From contig JAPWTO010000001.1 of assembly GCA_028276005.1 (NCBI GenBank), positions 1 through 56,052 of the forward strand: 56,052 nt of DNA, read 5' to 3'. Shown here piece by piece: positions 19,767 through 29,150 of the stretch. The notes beneath the pieces were generated by a model. That model had not been told where the DNA came from, ran no database searches, and saw only the letters and a program-made list of their open reading frames with translations. The stretch comes from Acidilobus sp. GTDB taxonomy: Archaea > Thermoproteota > Thermoprotei_A > Sulfolobales > Acidilobaceae. Within the stretch, counting starts at the first letter, position 1, and the number at the start of each line of letters is the position of its first letter. The position numbers and the translations under genes are program-made.

Positions 19767-20402
19767 TCAAAGTATGAACTTGGGCGCGTTGAGCGCCTTC
19801 TGGTACCTGGCCTCCACGTCGTCCCAGTTGACTAGGCTCCACCAGCTGTCAACGTACTTGGCCCTGTCGTTCCTGTAGTCTATGTAGTAGGCGTGCTCAA
19901 AGACGTCGACTATTAGGAGCGGTATCAGGTTCGTCGTGACGACGTTGTTGTGCTTCTCCACCTGGAGTATCCTCAGCTCGCCGGTGACGGGGTCGTAGGC
20001 CAGTAAGGCCCACCCGACGCCCTCAACGTTCTTGGCCGCGTCGCCGAAGAGCTTCTGGAACTTCTCGAAGCCGCCGAAGTACTTATTTATGGCATCTGCT
20101 ATGGCGCCGCCGGGCTTCCCTCCGCCCTTCCCCTTGGGGGCCATGTTAAGCCAGTAGAGCGCGTGAAGTAAATGCCCCCCGTAGTTGAACTCGAAGTCCC
20201 TTAGGACAGCCCTGACGTCGAGGCTTTCGACCTGTCCGTTCAGGTACTTCTCGAGCTTGTCAAGGGCTGCGTTGGCGCCGTTAACGTAGGCCAGGTGGTG
20301 CTTATCATGGTGATAGGTCAAGGTCTCCTTGCTTATCACAGGCTCCAACGCGTCGTAAGGATAAGGCAAGGGAGGAAGCTCATACCTCTTGAAAGACACC
20401 AT
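19767..20402 (-). CDS. sod: Fe/Mn superoxide dismutase
   Basis: LPPLPYPYDALEP, HHDKHH, GGHLLH, DVFEHAYY. Confidence 0.97.
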   Translation of the reverse strand: MVSFKRYELPPLPYPYDALEPVISKETLTYHHDKHHLAYVNGANAALDKLEKYLNGQVESLDVRAVLRDFEFNYGGHLLHALYWLNMAPKGKGGGKPGGAIADAINKYFGGFEKFQKLFGDAAKNVEGVGWALLAYDPVTGELRILQVEKHNNVVTTNLIPLLIVDVFEHAYYIDYRNDRAKYVDSWWSLVNWDDVEARYQKALNAPKFIL

Positions 20403-20433
20403 TCCAGGTCCCAAGGGGCTGTAACAGAAACCC

Positions 20434-20440
20434 TTTATAA
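20434..20440 (-). promoter_or_regulatory. TATA box of sod
   Basis: TTATAAA on the minus strand about 30 nt upstream of the ATG. Confidence 0.55.
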
Positions 20441-20484
20441 GCTTAGGTACGTTTCAAAGAGAACGGCTTACGCGGAACGCTTCT

Positions 20485-21180
20485 CTAAGCCTCCAGCAGC
20501 GTCTTTGCATCAACGCCATAGGCCTTGCTGAGGGCCTCCACAAGTCCCTCCCCGGGCCGGCCGGCGAACGTAACGACGCCCCTGCTGAGGACCAGCACCC
20601 TGTCGGCTTGGCCTGCGCGCCTAACGTCGTGCGTTGCAATTATCACCAGGGCGCCTTCGTTGACCAGCCCCCTGAAAAGCGCAAAGACCTTAGCGCGGTT
20701 GCTGACGTCAAGGAACTCCGTTGGTTCATCAGCTATTATCACGTCGCCTCCCCTTGAAAGCGCCGCTGCTATGGTGGCCAGCCTCTGCTCGCCACTGCTC
20801 AGCGTGCTGAACCTCCTCTCGGCGGCCCACTCTATCCCAAGGGCTGACAGGTACTCCCTTAGGCGCTTACGCCATGACCCGTCCTTGCCGTAGTTAATGG
20901 CCTCAGCGAGATCAACGACTCTAGTCATGGGGTCTAGGGAAAGCTGAGCAGGCACATACGAGACGCGGGCCCTGACCTTGTCTGGGGGCGCGCCGTCAAT
21001 GAGCATAGAGCCCCGCGTGGGCCTGAGGACGCCGGCGAAGAGCCTCAGCAGCGTGGTCTTGCCAGCGCCGTTGGGGCCCAGCACCACGTTAAGGCCCCCG
21101 CACAGCTCAGCTGAGATGTCCTTAACTATCGCCTTACCCTTGACCTCGAACGTGAGCCCCTTCGCGACCATGCACGGCAA
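20485..21180 (-). CDS. Cobalamin/iron-chelate ABC transporter ATPase
   Basis: GPNGAGKT, LSSGEQR, ADEPT, ATHD. Confidence 0.9.
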   Translation of the reverse strand: MPCMVAKGLTFEVKGKAIVKDISAELCGGLNVVLGPNGAGKTTLLRLFAGVLRPTRGSMLIDGAPPDKVRARVSYVPAQLSLDPMTRVVDLAEAINYGKDGSWRKRLREYLSALGIEWAAERRFSTLSSGEQRLATIAAALSRGGDVIIADEPTEFLDVSNRAKVFALFRGLVNEGALVIIATHDVRRAGQADRVLVLSRGVVTFAGRPGEGLVEALSKAYGVDAKTLLEA

Positions 21181-21181
21181 G

Positions 21182-22162
21182 CTACTCCCCCCTTGACTTA
21201 ATCAAGATGTAGACCAGGAGGGGGGCCCCGAAGACGCTCGTGACGGCCGTCAGCGGGGCCTCAGATGGGAACAGGACGAGCCTGGCAATCACATCACTTA
21301 AGACGGCTATCTCGGCTCCCATGGCAGCCGAGGCCCAGAGAACTGTTGAGAACCTGACGCCAAAGGACCTCTTGGCGAGCCACGGCGCCACCAGGCCTAT
21401 GAAGCCCACGGGCCCCGCCATTGAGACTAGGGCTGCTGTTATCAGTGAGGCGAGCGCGAAGGAGCTGAGCCTCACGAGCCTCACCCTGACGCCTATGGCC
21501 CTCGCTACCTCATCACCTAAGAGCAGGGAGTTAAGGGGGCGTGACAGCGCGGCCAGCGCAGCCGCTGCGGGGACCAAGATAATGAGGGTCCTCTCAACAA
21601 GGGACAGCGTCACGAAGGCCACGCTGCCGAACATCCAGTAGAGCGCTCCTGGCAGCTTGGGCCCAAGCATTATCATGATGAACATCGTGAGCCCGCTCAG
21701 CACGTATGAGAAGGCCACCCCGACCACGAGAAGGGTGACCGCACCCCCGCCCGCCAGGCCCGATATCGTGATCACGGCCAAGAGGGTCAGGAGGCCTCCA
21801 GCTATGGCGGCAGCGTAGAGGTCCCAGAACGAGGCCCTCCCCCAGAGGAGCGCCAAGGTTACCCCGAGGAGCGAGCCGCTAGCCACGCCTGCCAGGTATG
21901 GGTCAGCGAGGGGGTTCCTGAGCGTGAACTGAAGCGTCGAGCCTGAGATCGCGAGGCCAGCGCCCAGGACGCCGGCCGCCAGGGTCCTGACGGCCCTGTA
22001 GGTAAGGACGTCGAGGCTGAGCCTGCTCACCGGCAGGCCCACGAGGGCGGCTATGACCACAGGGAAGTCGACCGACCTGTACGGGCCTATAGATAAAGAA
22101 AGCAGGACTGAGAGGGGCAAGGAAATAGCGATCAGCGTCAGCGTGAGGCGCTCAGCCCTCAA
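21182..22162 (-). CDS. FecCD/BtuC family ABC permease
   Basis: LQFTLRNPLADPYLAGVASG, LGDEVARAIGV, GPVGFIGLVAP. Confidence 0.92.
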   Translation of the reverse strand: MRAERLTLTLIAISLPLSVLLSLSIGPYRSVDFPVVIAALVGLPVSRLSLDVLTYRAVRTLAAGVLGAGLAISGSTLQFTLRNPLADPYLAGVASGSLLGVTLALLWGRASFWDLYAAAIAGGLLTLLAVITISGLAGGGAVTLLVVGVAFSYVLSGLTMFIMIMLGPKLPGALYWMFGSVAFVTLSLVERTLIILVPAAAALAALSRPLNSLLLGDEVARAIGVRVRLVRLSSFALASLITAALVSMAGPVGFIGLVAPWLAKRSFGVRFSTVLWASAAMGAEIAVLSDVIARLVLFPSEAPLTAVTSVFGAPLLVYILIKSRGE

Positions 22163-22165
22163 AGC

Positions 22166-23458
22166 CTACCCCTGGTTTGCGAGAAGCGATGGGCTGAGGG
22201 TTGAAGGCGTTATCAGCTGAGGAACCGACGTCAGGTTGAAGGCCTGCGGGTTAAGTATAATTGCCAGGAGCTTAACAGCCATAGGTGTCAGAACGGCGGG
22301 CTCGCTCATCGCGCTCTCGTACCAGCCTCCTATAACGTAGACCCTGCCGTACTTGATCGCCGCTATGTTGACGTAAGCTGGCCCTATGGTTAAGTTAAGC
22401 CACTGGTAGAGTGAGCTGGCGTTGAAGAGGCCTCCGTTGCTCATGAGTATTATGACGCTGGGGTTCGCCTGAAGCAGGTCCTCAGAGCTTATGACTGGCC
22501 AGCCGCTGAGGTTCTGGAACACGTTGACTCCCCCGGCCAGCGTCATCATGTCATTTATGAACGTGCCTCCCCCAGCTACATAGGTGGGGTTTATCCAGAG
22601 GATCACAGTAGCGTTAACGTAGCTTGCATTCGCAAGGGATCTCTCGACAGCTGTTATCTGAGCCGACATGGACTCGACGAGCTTCACCGCGTTGTTAACG
22701 TGGCCTGTCGCCTCGCCGACCATTATTACGGCCCTGTACACGTCCTCAAGGGACTCAGAAGACGGGAGGAGTAGGACAGGTATTCCGTAGCTGGTCAGGG
22801 TTGACGCTATGTAGTTGTTGTAGCCCCACCCCGCGGTGCCTATGACAAGGTCGGGGCTGAGAGCCATTATCTGCTCAATGTCAGGGGAGGAGTACGTGCT
22901 GCTGATGACCTTCAGGGAGCCGTTGGCCACCATCTCGTGAACCGTGTCGTTAAACGGGGGCGGCAGGTACAGGACGCTGTTGTTGTCAACGGCTACAAGC
23001 TGGCCGCCGGCCCCCACTGCTAAGGCTATCTCGGTCGCGGCAGGATCTAGGGTAACTATTCTCATGGGCATTGAGGGGATCACTACGGTCCTGTTAAGGG
23101 CGTCAACTATGGTGACAGGGAACCTAACTTCACTCTCAAGTTGCGTCAGCTGGCTCTCCAGCGAGGCTATGCGGCCTGACAGGGTCGCGTTGAGCTCGGA
23201 GAGCTCCGAGCCAAGGGCTGAGGCCACCTCTGACAGCCTATTGATATTAGCCGTGGAGCTCTGGATAGTGGAATTTAGTGAGCTAACCCTTGAGCTGACG
23301 CCCTGGACTGTCGAGTTTAACGAGCCTACACTTGAACTGACGCTCTTCACCTGCCTCTCAAGCTGGGCGAGCTGAACAGTATTGTAAGCAGAGAGCAAAA
23401 TAGCTACTACTAAGAGCACCACGAGGGTTGCCAACAGGCCCCTTTGAACAGAGCTCAA
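22166..23458 (-). CDS. BtuF/FepB-like substrate-binding protein with TM anchor and coiled-coil stalk
   Basis: FPVTIVDALNRTV, RIVTLDPAATE, EQIMALSPDLVI, AIKYGRVY. Confidence 0.88.
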   Translation of the reverse strand: MSSVQRGLLATLVVLLVVAILLSAYNTVQLAQLERQVKSVSSSVGSLNSTVQGVSSRVSSLNSTIQSSTANINRLSEVASALGSELSELNATLSGRIASLESQLTQLESEVRFPVTIVDALNRTVVIPSMPMRIVTLDPAATEIALAVGAGGQLVAVDNNSVLYLPPPFNDTVHEMVANGSLKVISSTYSSPDIEQIMALSPDLVIGTAGWGYNNYIASTLTSYGIPVLLLPSSESLEDVYRAVIMVGEATGHVNNAVKLVESMSAQITAVERSLANASYVNATVILWINPTYVAGGGTFINDMMTLAGGVNVFQNLSGWPVISSEDLLQANPSVIILMSNGGLFNASSLYQWLNLTIGPAYVNIAAIKYGRVYVIGGWYESAMSEPAVLTPMAVKLLAIILNPQAFNLTSVPQLITPSTLSPSLLANQG

Positions 23459-23466
23459 GCCTGATC

Positions 23467-23485
23467 CCTGGATACGGTATCCAGG
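23467..23485. promoter_or_regulatory. Perfect palindrome, candidate operator of the ABC operon
   Basis: CCTGGATAC-G-GTATCCAGG between the TATA box (about 23490-23498) and the start at 23458. Confidence 0.6.
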
Positions 23486-23591
23486 TCCGTTATTTAAAGG
23501 TTCTTGAGGTCCTTAGCCTGGTAGAGAGCCTTGAAGGGCTTTTGAAATGACCTCCTGCTTAACGCAGTTATAGACCTTGCCGTAACCTATC

Positions 23592-24491
23592 TTGCGGGGG
23601 ACCTTGCTCGAGTCAGTTAACGAGGCCGTGGCCCTCGTTTCCAGGGAACAGGTGAGGGGGGCCTCCTGGTCAGCCGAGACCCTGGCCAGGGCAGTGATCG
23701 ATGACGCTAGGTCAGGGAGGGCCAGCTGCAGACAGATCTACGAGCTCGAGGGCGTCCTGATGAGCGCTAACCCAACAATGGGAAGCATAGCCAGCCTTGT
23801 CTGGACGCTGAAGGAGGCGTGCATGTGGGGCGTCCCCCTTGACGTGGCGGCCGAGGCGTTCATTGAGTACGTGAGGGTCTCGAGGTCCGAGGTGGCCTCC
23901 CACGCCAGGGACCTGGTGAAGGACTCGCCGATAACGGCTATGACGCTTAGCTACAGCACGAACGTGATCAACGTCCTCCTGTCCCTGGGCCCCATGCTCA
24001 AGAAGGTCTACGTCCTTGAGAGCCTGCCTGGTGGCGAGGGGAGGCAAGCTGCCACTGAACTGAGGTCAAGGAGGGTCAACGTGGAGCTCCTTCCTGACAC
24101 CGCGGCCAGCAGCGTGATAGGCCTTGTTGACGCCGTCCTGATAGGCGCTGATAACGTTACTCTGGACGGGTGCGTTTACAACAAGTTGGGCTCGAAGAAC
24201 CTCACCATACTTGCCGGCTACTTCGGCAAGCCGGTCGTGGTGGCCTTCGAGCCCTATAAGATATCGCCTGAGGCCCGGTGCGGGGGCGTCAGGCTACTTG
24301 AGAGGAGCTACCAGGCGGAGCCATGGGGCGAGATCACCTATAAGGTCTTTGACGAGCTGACAAGCGACCTCGTTGACGCGGTCCTGAGCGTGAGGGGACT
24401 TGGCGATAACACTCAGCCCAACCTGATGGCCCTGAGAAAGGAATTTGAGGAGTGGATAACGAGAAGGCTCACTGGCGGGAGGTCGGCTTGA
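23592..24491 (+). CDS. aIF-2B alpha / ribose-1,5-bisphosphate isomerase-like protein
   Basis: VRGAS, NPTM, ESLPGGEG, IGADNV, NKLGS. Confidence 0.85.
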   Translation: MRGTLLESVNEAVALVSREQVRGASWSAETLARAVIDDARSGRASCRQIYELEGVLMSANPTMGSIASLVWTLKEACMWGVPLDVAAEAFIEYVRVSRSEVASHARDLVKDSPITAMTLSYSTNVINVLLSLGPMLKKVYVLESLPGGEGRQAATELRSRRVNVELLPDTAASSVIGLVDAVLIGADNVTLDGCVYNKLGSKNLTILAGYFGKPVVVAFEPYKISPEARCGGVRLLERSYQAEPWGEITYKVFDELTSDLVDAVLSVRGLGDNTQPNLMALRKEFEEWITRRLTGGRSA

Positions 24492-25147
24492 CTCTCATCA
24501 TGAAGCTGGCCAGGCGAAGGACTGCCAGGGGAAGGGATGTAGAGTCGGAGGTGCTGGGGGTAAGGCAGCTGCTCGCGGGGTTCATCGTGAAGCCGCCTCT
24601 TATTCCGCTGCTCGGGGCCCATGGGCTCTCAAGGCTTCGCGAGGCCCTCCAGGACAAGCTGGTGGTACTTGACCTAAAGGTTGACGATGACCCTGAGGAC
24701 CTTGAGGGGCTGACCGACCTGGCGGGCTACGCTAACGCTGTCACAATCTCGTGGAGGGCGATCGCCAGCCCTAGGCGTGACCAGCTCGTTAAGGTCTTCG
24801 AGAGATCGGGCGTGAGGCCCGTGATAGCGGTGACCAATAGCGACGTGGCACTCTTGGGGCTGGATGAGCTGAGGGGGACCCTCATCCCAGCCGTTAAGGG
24901 CCTTACGTCCCTCATGGTCTTGCTCCCTGGCTCAGCAAAGGGGGTAGTGAAGGACCTAGTATCAACTATCCCGGGGGCTCTGGTGCTAATTGATGGGATG
25001 AGGCCAGGTGAGGGTCTCTGCGTCGGGGCCAGGTATGAGGTGATCGGGCAGAACGCCCTTGACGCAGAGGACCCTGTGGGCCACATCAGGATGACCATTT
25101 ATGCGCAGAAGAGGGCAGCCGAGGAGTGCGGCGTCAGAGTATCGTAG
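24488..25147 (+). CDS. Degenerate OMP decarboxylase (PyrF)-like TIM barrel protein
   Basis: VVLDLKVDDDP resembles DxKxxD; RPGEGLCVGARYEVIGQ resembles the crenarchaeal PyrF C-terminus. Start 24488 or 24500. Confidence 0.6.
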   Translation: MTLIMKLARRRTARGRDVESEVLGVRQLLAGFIVKPPLIPLLGAHGLSRLREALQDKLVVLDLKVDDDPEDLEGLTDLAGYANAVTISWRAIASPRRDQLVKVFERSGVRPVIAVTNSDVALLGLDELRGTLIPAVKGLTSLMVLLPGSAKGVVKDLVSTIPGALVLIDGMRPGEGLCVGARYEVIGQNALDAEDPVGHIRMTIYAQKRAAEECGVRVS

Positions 25148-25183
25148 CTCTCCCGCCTTGAAGCCAGCGGCCACCTACTCTTC

Positions 25184-26524
25184 TTACGCAGACCTTGCCT
25201 CTAAGTCCTTCGCTGGGTAACCGGGCTTCACGAGCCTTAGGAGGTCCTTAACTAGCGCTATCTTGTCCTCTGGTACGCCGTGCCTTCTTAAGGCGTCCTC
25301 CAGGCTAACACCTCTGCTGACCTCCTCAGAGACGGCGGTAGCCAGGTCGTAACCTAGGAGAGGTGAGAAGACGGTTATTAAGGCCTGGCTTGACTCGGCG
25401 AGCCTCCTCATCCTCTCAGCGTTGGCCTTAAGCCTCCTGACGACCATCGTCTCGACCTTCCTGAGGGCCTCAGATATCAGGGACGCCTCCAGCTGAACGT
25501 CATAGCCCACCAGCGGTATGCCCATGTTCAGCTCCAGCTCGCCGAGCGAGGAGGCCCAGGAGACGGCGGCGTCAAAGCCTATGACCTGGGCCATTGCCTG
25601 TATGACAGCCTCAAGGGTCACAGGGTTCTTCTTGCCTGGCATTATGCTGCTCCCCGCTACCTCAGTCGGTATCTCTACCTCGCCGAGGCCCGTGTTGGGG
25701 CCTGAGCTCAGGAGTCTGAGGTCCTGGCTCAGCCTGTACAGGTCAAGCGCCAGCGACCTGATGGTGCCGCTCAGGGCTACTAGGTCAGTGAGGCTCCTCA
25801 TGGCCCTCATTTTGTTGGCCTGCCTCAGCTGAAGGCCTGTAAGCAATGAGAGTTCCCTGATGGCGACCTCCGCGAACCTGGGATGAGCGTTAAGGCCTGT
25901 ACCCACGGCCGTGCCTCCGAGCGGGACCTCCAGGAGCCTCCCTGAGGCCTGCTCTATCATTGTGGCGTCGCCCTCCAGGGCGTCAGCGTAGGCCTCGAGC
26001 TCCATGCCGAAGGTCACTGGCAGGGCGTCCCTCAGGTGCGTCCTCCCTGGCTTGACAAAGTCCATGTACTCTAAGGCCCTGGCCCTCAGCGATGAGGCCA
26101 GCGACCTGGCCGCTGGGATGACGAGGTCCGAGGCGGCCTTATAGGCTGCCACCCTGACGGCCGTTGGCACAACGTCGTTACTTGACTGCCCCATGTTGAC
26201 GTGGTCGTTCGGGTGGACCTCCCTATTGCACCTCTTCCTGGCGTGAGAAGCTATGACCTCATTGACGTTCATGTTCAGGCCCGTCCCAGACCCCGTCTGG
26301 AAGACGTCAACAGCCATCTCATTGTCGTAGAGCCCCTGGGACAGCCTCAGGGCCTCCTCATATATGCATGAGGCCAACCCCTCGTCAAGGAGGCCCAGCT
26401 CAGCGTTGGCCTTCGCTGCCGAGGCCTTCACGAGGCCCATGGCCCAGATTATGAGCCTTGGGAACCTGGTGCCCGTCTCAAGGTAATACTCCCTGGACCT
26501 CTCGGCGTAGCTCAAGGCAATCAC
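25184..26524 (-). CDS. fumC: Class II fumarate hydratase (fumarase/aspartase superfamily)
   Basis: VFQTGSGTGLNMNVNEV, HPNDHVNMGQSSND, GRTHLRDA, GSSIMPGKKNP. Confidence 0.9.
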   Translation of the reverse strand: MIALSYAERSREYYLETGTRFPRLIIWAMGLVKASAAKANAELGLLDEGLASCIYEEALRLSQGLYDNEMAVDVFQTGSGTGLNMNVNEVIASHARKRCNREVHPNDHVNMGQSSNDVVPTAVRVAAYKAASDLVIPAARSLASSLRARALEYMDFVKPGRTHLRDALPVTFGMELEAYADALEGDATMIEQASGRLLEVPLGGTAVGTGLNAHPRFAEVAIRELSLLTGLQLRQANKMRAMRSLTDLVALSGTIRSLALDLYRLSQDLRLLSSGPNTGLGEVEIPTEVAGSSIMPGKKNPVTLEAVIQAMAQVIGFDAAVSWASSLGELELNMGIPLVGYDVQLEASLISEALRKVETMVVRRLKANAERMRRLAESSQALITVFSPLLGYDLATAVSEEVSRGVSLEDALRRHGVPEDKIALVKDLLRLVKPGYPAKDLEARSA

Positions 26525-26601
26525 CGCCAGGAGGGTGTGGGCAGAGGTATTAGGGAAAGGTATTGAGGGTTGTTCCTTAAAGTTATGGACAGGGCGCAGC
26601 C

Positions 26602-27204
26602 TTAAGAGGTAGGCTTAGGGGCGGCTTCCAAGCTCCTCTTGATGTGCACGGACCTCTGGATTACTGTAACCGCGGAGAGGACGGCTATAATGAGCACAAT
26701 GATGTTGCATGCTAGGAGGCTGCCGGCCGCCGCAGCTATGGAGGCTAGGAGGAGCAGTATCGCCCTCTCGCCCCTCTCCATGAGGCCCACGCCCTCCATC
26801 TTGACGCCAAGCAGCTCCCCCTTCGACCTGGCGTAGCTGACCAGGAAGGAGAACATGAGGGTTACAAGGGAGAGGTAGGCGTTAGCGCCGAGGACGGCTA
26901 TGGCGGTTATGAACATGGCGTCAGAGGCCCTGTCGGTCACGGAGTCCAGGTAGGAGCCGAAGGGCGTGGTCCTGCCCGAGGCCCTGGCCACAGCGCCATC
27001 TATTACATCCATAAGGCTTGAGAGCGCCACGAGGACTGGCACCGCCCAGCCCTCCCTTAGGGCTGCAACGATAGGGGCCAGGGCGGCTAGGGCCAGGCCC
27101 GTGTAAGTTATGTGGTCAGCCTTGACGCCTCGTCTGGCGAGCGCCTTGCCTATAGTTGACGGGGCCACCTTGTTGACCAGCTCCCTAAGCCTCCCCATCA
27201 CCAC
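26602..27204 (-). CDS. pgsA: CDP-alcohol phosphatidyltransferase (archaetidylinositol phosphate synthase-like)
   Basis: DVIDGAVAR...FGSYLDSVTDRASD, VSYARSKGE, GLMERGER. Confidence 0.88.
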   Translation of the reverse strand: MVMGRLRELVNKVAPSTIGKALARRGVKADHITYTGLALAALAPIVAALREGWAVPVLVALSSLMDVIDGAVARASGRTTPFGSYLDSVTDRASDAMFITAIAVLGANAYLSLVTLMFSFLVSYARSKGELLGVKMEGVGLMERGERAILLLLASIAAAAGSLLACNIIVLIIAVLSAVTVIQRSVHIKRSLEAAPKPTS

Positions 27205-27925
27205 ATCTGATCACCAGGCCTCTGGCCTCCCTGATCGTAATGACGTCATACCCTTGCTTCACGTAGGCCTTCACTATATTCTTAAGCTTTAGGTAGAGGC
27301 CGGGGCCTGTCCACAGCCAGATATCGGGCCTCCAGTGCCTAAGCTTTACGAACTCCCAGGGGTGGGCGAACAATACAATGTAGTTGCTCCTTGGGGTCAG
27401 CCTAAGCAGCTCATGGGAATAGGGGACCCTGAGGACGCTGCTGGTCACCGACACAGGTACCCTGAGGAGGTTTCCATCGCAGAAGGGCTGCCTGACAAAG
27501 GGGGGCTTATACGAGGCCACGCTTGAGTCGACCTCTACCCCTAGGGTGACCAGGTCCTTCAGCAGTGGCCAGGGAAGCTTGAGGTTAGGCGCCCTGAACG
27601 AGACGACTTCAGAGAACCGCCTGAGGGTCCTCAGGGACCTGTCAATAAGGCTCAGCGCCTCCTCCCTGCTGACCCTGTCAAGCCTAACATGCCCGTACCC
27701 GTGGCTGCCGAGCTCGTGGCCTCTGTCAACGACCTCCTTGACGAGCCTTTCCCTCCCCTCGGCGACCTTCGCGTCGAAGAAGAAGGTTGCCCTGACCCTC
27801 AGCTCGTCAAGGAGGTCGAGCAGCCTAGGAAGGCCCTCGTCAACACCCCTGAGGGTGTTCAGGTAAGGGGGCGCGTCAGGCTCTACGTCGAACGACAGGG
27901 ACAAGGCCCTCCTTGGCCCTTTCAT
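27185..27925 (-). CDS. Polysaccharide deacetylase (CE4/NodB)
   Basis: SFDVE, RATFF, HELGSHGYGH, FRAP, HPWEF; GGAGGT SD before ATG 27925. Confidence 0.9.
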   Translation of the reverse strand: MKGPRRALSLSFDVEPDAPPYLNTLRGVDEGLPRLLDLLDELRVRATFFFDAKVAEGRERLVKEVVDRGHELGSHGYGHVRLDRVSREEALSLIDRSLRTLRRFSEVVSFRAPNLKLPWPLLKDLVTLGVEVDSSVASYKPPFVRQPFCDGNLLRVPVSVTSSVLRVPYSHELLRLTPRSNYIVLFAHPWEFVKLRHWRPDIWLWTGPGLYLKLKNIVKAYVKQGYDVITIREARGLVIRCGDGEA

Positions 27926-29150
27926 GATACCTCCACTTCCTCTCACTACACCACTCGCCCGGCCTCACAGGGTCTCCTACTAGGCGGCGATATAGCCTGT
28001 AAACTAGGAACCTCCTGTCATTCTGAGAGCAGGAATTCAAGGCCTCCCTGTAGACAGGTAGGACATAGCTGTCTATCACGGCCTGGCAGTCGAAGAGCCT
28101 GGCCCTCTCCACTGACGCCCTTGAGGCAGAGCGGAACAGGGCCTGGTCCTCGTAGGCGTTGGCTATGGCCTCAGCCATGGAGGTCGCGTCATCAACTACG
28201 AAGCCGCTTTGTCCGTCCTCTACTAGGTCAAGTACGCCGGGTGACCTGTACACTACGGGGACTAAGCCCAGGGCCATCGCCTCGAGGACCGCCAGCCCAA
28301 AGGACTCTCTGTAACTGGTTAGGGCAAAGAAGTCAGCGCCCGACAGCATTTTAGCAACCTCATGCCTGGGTCTTGTACCGAGGAGCCTTACGTGGCCTTC
28401 TAGTCCTCTGCTGGCTATGAGCTTCCTCAGGTCTGCCGAGAGGACTCCGTCCCCTATGACGTAGAACACCGCCCTGGGCAGTCTCCTGAGGACCAGCTCA
28501 GCAACCCTAGCTATCTCAAGGGGGTTCTTTCTCCTCGAGAGCCTGGACGTTATTATGACGGCCGGGTTCCCCTCAAGCCTTTGAGAGGAGGCGGCCTCGC
28601 GCCACTTATTGACGTCTATGCAGTTAGGCGTCAGCCTTGAATTTCTCCCACTGATGACCTCGACGTCGTGCGAGGCGGCCCTCGAGACGCCAGTAAGCAC
28701 TGTTGGCCACTTAAGCCCGTACTTGAGCAGCCTCCTCACGCCAGGTGGCAGGTCATTAGATATCAGGGAGTGATTCGTCAGGACGCTGGGCACGCCGATG
28801 CCGCCGCTCGCGACCATACTTGTCATAAGGCTCAGCGTAGAGGAGATCCCGTGTGAGTGCACTACGTCAAAGGCGTTACGCTTAATGAACAGAACAGACC
28901 TCGCGACAGCTAATGGGTCCAGGGTCACGTCATCCTTTACGTTAATAGGTGAGGGGGCCCTGTAGACGATATAGTGGTCTCCATCCTCAAGGACATGCGA
29001 GCTCTTTGTAGCCGTGTAGCCGTGCGTGACGACAAATACCTCATGCCCTCTCATGCCGAGCGCGCGGGCTAGCTCATGTATGCTTACCTCGACACCTCCG
29101 ACTCGGGGGAGGAACCAGTCAGAAACCATGGCTATCCTAAGGCTTTCCAA
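27876..29150 (-). CDS. GT4 glycosyltransferase, PIG-A-like
   Basis: IAMVSDWFLPRVGGVE...GHEVFVVTHGY, VHSH, TNHSL, SRLSRRK, TSYRESFGLAVLEAMALGL. Confidence 0.88.
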   Translation of the reverse strand: MESLRIAMVSDWFLPRVGGVEVSIHELARALGMRGHEVFVVTHGYTATKSSHVLEDGDHYIVYRAPSPINVKDDVTLDPLAVARSVLFIKRNAFDVVHSHGISSTLSLMTSMVASGGIGVPSVLTNHSLISNDLPPGVRRLLKYGLKWPTVLTGVSRAASHDVEVISGRNSRLTPNCIDVNKWREAASSQRLEGNPAVIITSRLSRRKNPLEIARVAELVLRRLPRAVFYVIGDGVLSADLRKLIASRGLEGHVRLLGTRPRHEVAKMLSGADFFALTSYRESFGLAVLEAMALGLVPVVYRSPGVLDLVEDGQSGFVVDDATSMAEAIANAYEDQALFRSASRASVERARLFDCQAVIDSYVLPVYREALNSCSQNDRRFLVYRLYRRLVGDPVRPGEWCSERKWRYHERAKEGLVPVVRRRA

